The translations under genes were made by a program, and so were the position numbers. A stretch of 40,296 nt of DNA from Anaerolineales bacterium (GTDB taxonomy: Bacteria > Chloroflexota > Anaerolineae > Anaerolineales > E44-bin32). Shown here in pieces: positions 37,573-40,296 of the stretch. The stretch lies in NCBI GenBank assembly GCA_023144145.1, contig JAGLGG010000102.1, positions 1 through 40,296 of the forward strand, read 5' to 3'. A model generated the notes under the pieces. That model was given only the letters and a program-made list of their open reading frames with translations, was not told the origin of the DNA and did no database searches. The stretch's first letter is position 1. Each line of letters starts with the position of its first letter.

Positions 37573-37863
37573 GTGGACTGGCTAACTACAATCATCTTAG
37601 CAGTGATTATTTCGGGATTGAGCATTCTCTGGTTGCGGATAGAAAAGCGGATTCGACCTCCTATGATAATCGTTGTCTACTTTCCCGCATTTCTCCTAAT
37701 TCTGAAATGGTCCCAATTCAGGGAAGCTTGGATAGAGCTGGCAAGTGCAGTGAGCATCGCTGCACTTATCTTCTTTGCCTGGTGGATTCCCATCGGTCGA
37801 AAGCTTCCCGCTCCGAAGGGCAGCCAAATCGTAGTTATCACAGACGATGAAGACGACGGATGA
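37573..37863 (+). CDS. Small membrane protein (3 predicted TM helices), hypothetical
   Basis: The hydrophobic segments are IILAVIISGLSILWL, IIVVYFPAFLLIL and AVSIAALIFFAWWIPI. It has a GTG start, and its stop overlaps the next start (ATGA). Confidence 0.45.
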   Translation: MDWLTTIILAVIISGLSILWLRIEKRIRPPMIIVVYFPAFLLILKWSQFREAWIELASAVSIAALIFFAWWIPIGRKLPAPKGSQIVVITDDEDDG

Positions 37864-38501
37864 AAAGATTCCGCTCAATTTTCATTGATCTCGATGAAAC
37901 GCTTTATCCTAAATCAAACGGTATTTGGACCCTGATTAGCAATAAGATCAACGAGTTCATTACTCACGAGCTCAAATTGCCCCTCGAAAGCGCGATTCAA
38001 CTTCGTCAGCAATACCTTGCTCGCTATGGAACCACATTGATGGGCTTGCGCGAAAATCACGCTATTGATCCCTATAAATATTTAAAATTTGTTCACGATA
38101 TCCCCCTTGAGGAATTTCTCGGCCCAAACCCAATTCTAGCTAGTATGCTCAGCAAAATCTCTGCTACACGCATCATATTCACCAATGCAAGTGCCGAGCA
38201 TGCACAACGCGTAATTCGTCTTCTCGAGATAGAAGATTATATCGATCAAATAGTCGATATCATCGCCCTGGATTTTTGCAACAAGCCGAATCCTGAAGCA
38301 TATAAAAAAGCTCTTGAGTTGTCAGGAACCTCCGATCCCAAAACCAGTTTGATGGTTGACGATAGAATAGACAACCTGCATCCTGCTCACGATATGCAAA
38401 TAACGACAGTTCTCGTAGGTAGCGACGTGGTGGATGAAAAGATTGACTATACTGTGTCATCAATAACAGACCTAATAAATACGGTCCCGGATTTAGCGTA
38501 A
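37860..38501 (+). CDS. HAD-superfamily hydrolase (pyrimidine 5'-nucleotidase-like)
   Basis: HAD motif I FIDLDETLY, motif II FTNAS and the motif IV region MVDDRIDN are present. Confidence 0.7.
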   Translation: MKRFRSIFIDLDETLYPKSNGIWTLISNKINEFITHELKLPLESAIQLRQQYLARYGTTLMGLRENHAIDPYKYLKFVHDIPLEEFLGPNPILASMLSKISATRIIFTNASAEHAQRVIRLLEIEDYIDQIVDIIALDFCNKPNPEAYKKALELSGTSDPKTSLMVDDRIDNLHPAHDMQITTVLVGSDVVDEKIDYTVSSITDLINTVPDLA

Positions 38502-38522
38502 GGTTGAGCAAGAATTGCTGAG

Positions 38523-38765
38523 ATGGAAACAGAAAATGTCGGGCTAATCGTTTGTGGAGTGCTGATTTTTGTAGCGCTGCTCAATACAGGCCTCATTTTT
38601 GGTGTATTAAGAGGTCAAAATAGGAATCGATTCGAAGTGATTGGAAAGGCGATTCGGGCTGCACAAAATCCCTGGCGAGATAGGGATGAGCAAATCGAAG
38701 AATTAAGGCAACGGGTATCTGATTTGGAGCAGGGAGAGAATGAGGTTACTCAGAATGGCTCATGA
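38523..38765 (+). CDS. Small single-pass membrane protein with a charged coiled-coil tail, hypothetical
   Basis: TM helix GLIVCGVLIFVALLNTGLIFGVL followed by ...RDRDEQIEELRQRVSDLEQGE. Confidence 0.4.
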   Translation: METENVGLIVCGVLIFVALLNTGLIFGVLRGQNRNRFEVIGKAIRAAQNPWRDRDEQIEELRQRVSDLEQGENEVTQNGS

Positions 38766-39579
38766 TAAAAGGCTCTCTCTAAAAGAGGCGGCGGAGCTAA
38801 TTCCATCAAGGGAGTGCGTCATTGGTCTGGGTGGAGTGACTCTCTATCGCCGGCCGATGGCATTCTCGCTCGCCCTTTATGCCCGCCACTTACACAGTAG
38901 TGCCCCTTCAGATATCACCTTGTTATCCTTCACCGCCGGTCTTGAAAGTGATCTGCTCGTCGGTGCGGGGATGGTTCAGCGTGTCAGGACATGTTACTTT
39001 GGGTTAGAGGTCTTCGGTCTCGCACCCCATTTTACGAGTTTGGCAGGGGAGGGACGCATACAAATCGTTGAAGAAACAGAGGCCAGCTTGGCCTATGGTT
39101 TGAAAGCCACCATTTCGGAAGTTGGCTTTATGCCATCACACGCATGGACTGGGACCGATCTATTCAAGCTCCGTCCTGATGTCAAGCGCGTTACAGACCC
39201 ATATAGCGGCGAAGAACTCACTGCATTTCCACCAATAAGTTGTGACGTTGCAGTACTTCATGCACTGGAAGCTGATCCCCAGGGAAATGCGAACATCGGC
39301 GGGAATCAAGGCGTAGACCGGGAACTCGCACTTTGCGCTGAGACAGTTATTGTTACGTGTGAAAAAATTGTTGACCAACTCGACACTGCCGACATCGTTG
39401 GCATTGTGGTAGATGCAGTTGTTGAGACACCAAAGGGTGCTTGGCCTACCTCCTGCCACCCCTTATACCCCCTCGATGGAGAAGCCACGCTGAGTTATAC
39501 AGAGACTGCTGGAACAGCTGAGCACCAAAACCTGCTTTCTAATTGGTGTGAAAAGCACAATATCTCCCTTTCCGCATAA
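38740..39579 (+). CDS. CoA-transferase subunit-A-like protein (glutaconate/3-oxoacid CoA-transferase family)
   Basis: KRLSLKEAAELIPSRECVIGLGGVTLYRRPMAFSLAL and the downstream pattern are typical of family I CoA-transferase alpha subunits. The start is either the ATG at 38740 or the one at 38755. Confidence 0.55.
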   Translation: MRLLRMAHDKRLSLKEAAELIPSRECVIGLGGVTLYRRPMAFSLALYARHLHSSAPSDITLLSFTAGLESDLLVGAGMVQRVRTCYFGLEVFGLAPHFTSLAGEGRIQIVEETEASLAYGLKATISEVGFMPSHAWTGTDLFKLRPDVKRVTDPYSGEELTAFPPISCDVAVLHALEADPQGNANIGGNQGVDRELALCAETVIVTCEKIVDQLDTADIVGIVVDAVVETPKGAWPTSCHPLYPLDGEATLSYTETAGTAEHQNLLSNWCEKHNISLSA

Positions 39580-39701
39580 CGCCATCGCTCATACAATTCT
39601 TATAATCTTAAAATAGATATACCCTTTAAATAAATGAGAGCGTGGTCACTTCAACAAAGTGGAAACTCTTAAAACCTCGCTGCAATTTCTTGCCAGAATA
39701 T

Positions 39702-39736
39702 GCCCCCAGCCGGTCCCCCTCCGGTTGGGGGTGATA
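39702..39736 (+). repeat. GC-rich hairpin repeat, copy 1 (GCCCCCAGCCGGTCCCCCTCCGGTTGGGGGTGATA)
   Basis: The 11-bp stem CCCCCAGCCGG/CCGGTTGGGGG has one G-T pair on the plus strand and a 7-nt loop TCCCCCT. It is nearly identical to 39973-40006. Confidence 0.8.
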
Positions 39737-39747
39737 TTCATTAATAC

Positions 39748-39921
39748 TCATGATTTGTCTAACGCATCTCGTTTTTCGTCAATGATTTTGAAAGCTTCTG
39801 CTTTTACGTCGTGTTCAACTATAAATTCGTCAGTCTTTCCGGAAATACTTTTTCCATCGATGGTATATACAATGCCGTAATATTTACCTTCCGGTGTTTG
39901 TTTGATTTCGTATGGAAACAT
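39748..39921 (-). CDS. Small hypothetical protein (57 aa from the RBS-supported ATG; 65 aa in the track)
   Basis: AGGAGA lies 6 nt upstream of the ATG at 39921. The product is MFPYEIKQTPEGKYYGIVYTIDGKSISGKTDEFIVEHDVKAEAFKIIDEKRDALDKS. The gene is about 35% GC by hand count. I cannot make a confident family assignment; the beta-beta-beta-alpha pattern only loosely resembles YegP/DUF1508-type domains. Confidence 0.45.
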   Translation of the reverse strand: MFPYEIKQTPEGKYYGIVYTIDGKSISGKTDEFIVEHDVKAEAFKIIDEKRDALDKS

Positions 39922-39972
39922 TCTGTATCTCCTCATAATTCCCATCCTAATACAGTCTAGCAGAAAAGGTAA

Positions 39973-40006
39973 GCCCCTAGCCGGTCCCCCTCCGGTTGGG
40001 GGTATA
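39973..40006 (+). repeat. GC-rich hairpin repeat, copy 2 (GCCCCTAGCCGGTCCCCCTCCGGTTGGGGGTATA)
   Basis: It is in the same orientation as copy 1 and differs at 2 positions plus a 1-nt length difference. The repeat starts are 271 bp apart. Confidence 0.8.
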
Positions 40007-40092
40007 ACTTCTCCGTATTTTGATTGTTATTAGTATACTTATAAAGCAATGATAAGAGTGAACTGAAAAAAGTACCCTCAAAGCGAGTAGAT

Positions 40093-40107
40093 GGTTATAT
40101 GTGGGGG
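40093..40107 (+). repeat. GGTTATATGTGGGGG core motif, right copy
   Basis: Direct repeat of 462-475. Confidence 0.55.
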
Positions 40108-40146
40108 TTCTCTTTTTGCAATTGATCTTTTTTCAGGGGAGTCATG
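40108..40146 (+). repeat. 39-bp repeat, right copy (TTCTCTTTTTGCAATTGATCTTTTTTCAGGGGAGTCATG); promoter-like module 43 nt upstream of the last gene
   Basis: 34/39 identity to the reverse complement of 421-459. It reads TTGATC - 17 nt - TGTAAT. Confidence 0.6.
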
Positions 40147-40189
40147 TAATTCTCGGATCGAAACATCAAAAAGCTAAGGAATGAAACCT

Positions 40190-40296
40190 ATGTCTTCGAA
40201 GTTTGTCAAAATTTCAATTGGTATTGTGATCGGGGTTTTTCTCGCTGGCGGCCTGTTCAGTGCGGGGTTAGTAACTGGCGCAGCCTTTCAAGGAAT
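40190..40296 (+). CDS. N-terminus of a membrane-anchored protein (partial; continues beyond the window)
   Basis: The ATG at 40190 follows AAGGAA. The product begins MSSKFVKISIGIVIGVFLAGGLFSAGLVTGAAFQG, a signal-anchor helix. Confidence 0.5.
   Translation, partial: MSSKFVKISIGIVIGVFLAGGLFSAGLVTGAAFQG

Noticed and set aside
39702-40006. Possible CRISPR mini-array formed by two 34-35 nt repeats.
   Set aside because: There are only two copies. The intervening 236 bp is far longer than a spacer and contains an RBS-preceded ORF. No cas genes or leader are present.
39702-40006. Integron gene cassette with attC sites. The hairpin arms contain CCCCAGC / GGTTGGG, vaguely like the RYYYAAC / GTTRRRY cores.
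   Set aside because: The hairpins are only about 29 nt, whereas attC sites are usually at least 55 nt with extrahelical bases. The core does not fit GTTRRRY, since the last position is G. No intI gene, attI site or further cassettes are in the window.
1-40296. The whole repeat-bracketed segment as a genomic island, prophage or integrative element.
   Set aside because: The content is core housekeeping (rpoC, ribosomal proteins, argS, mutL, salvage enzymes). There is no integrase, transposase, tRNA attachment site or phage or conjugation gene. Composition looks uniform except at 39580-40189.

Overview
About 40.3 kb of gene-dense bacterial chromosome, dominated by housekeeping genes. I count roughly 38 protein genes and see no rRNA, tRNA, CRISPR array, integrase or transposase. 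Recognisable genes are trmD (partial), rpsT, argS, dinB, cca, hpt, tdk, rpmE, rpmA, rplU, rpoC, a sirtuin (cobB-like) and mutL. Signalling is well represented: a 1092-aa multi-domain histidine kinase, a GAF histidine kinase, four receiver proteins, and a PP2C/RsbW-like fusion with a STAS protein. There is also an orphan beta-class DNA methyltransferase, a SIS/PfkB/M20 cluster, and several exported proteins with Pro/Thr-rich linkers. The Pro/Thr linkers, the long beta-prime (1417 aa) and the many GAF/PAS sensors suggest a Chloroflexota-like organism; this is inference only. I found no complete, obviously novel defence or mobile system. The items most worth a second look: (1) A 39-bp imperfect inverted repeat (34/39) at 421-459 and 40108-40146 brackets nearly the whole window. 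Each copy lies just upstream of an outward-facing gene, next to a directly repeated GGT(T)ATATGTGGGGG core. (2) The 430-bp intergenic region upstream of trmD is unusually structured. (3) An AT-rich small ORF (about 35% GC by hand count) is flanked by two direct copies of a 34-35 bp GC-rich hairpin (39702-40006). (4) Ribosomal protein L31 is fused to an RNA polymerase alpha-CTD-like helix-hairpin-helix domain, in an operon directly downstream of rpoC. (5) rpoC has its own near-consensus promoter and no adjacent rpoB. (6) A translationally coupled operon encodes receiver-CpaE/MinD-like, sirtuin and GAF-kinase proteins. All functional calls come from motif recognition by eye, and no database search was possible.
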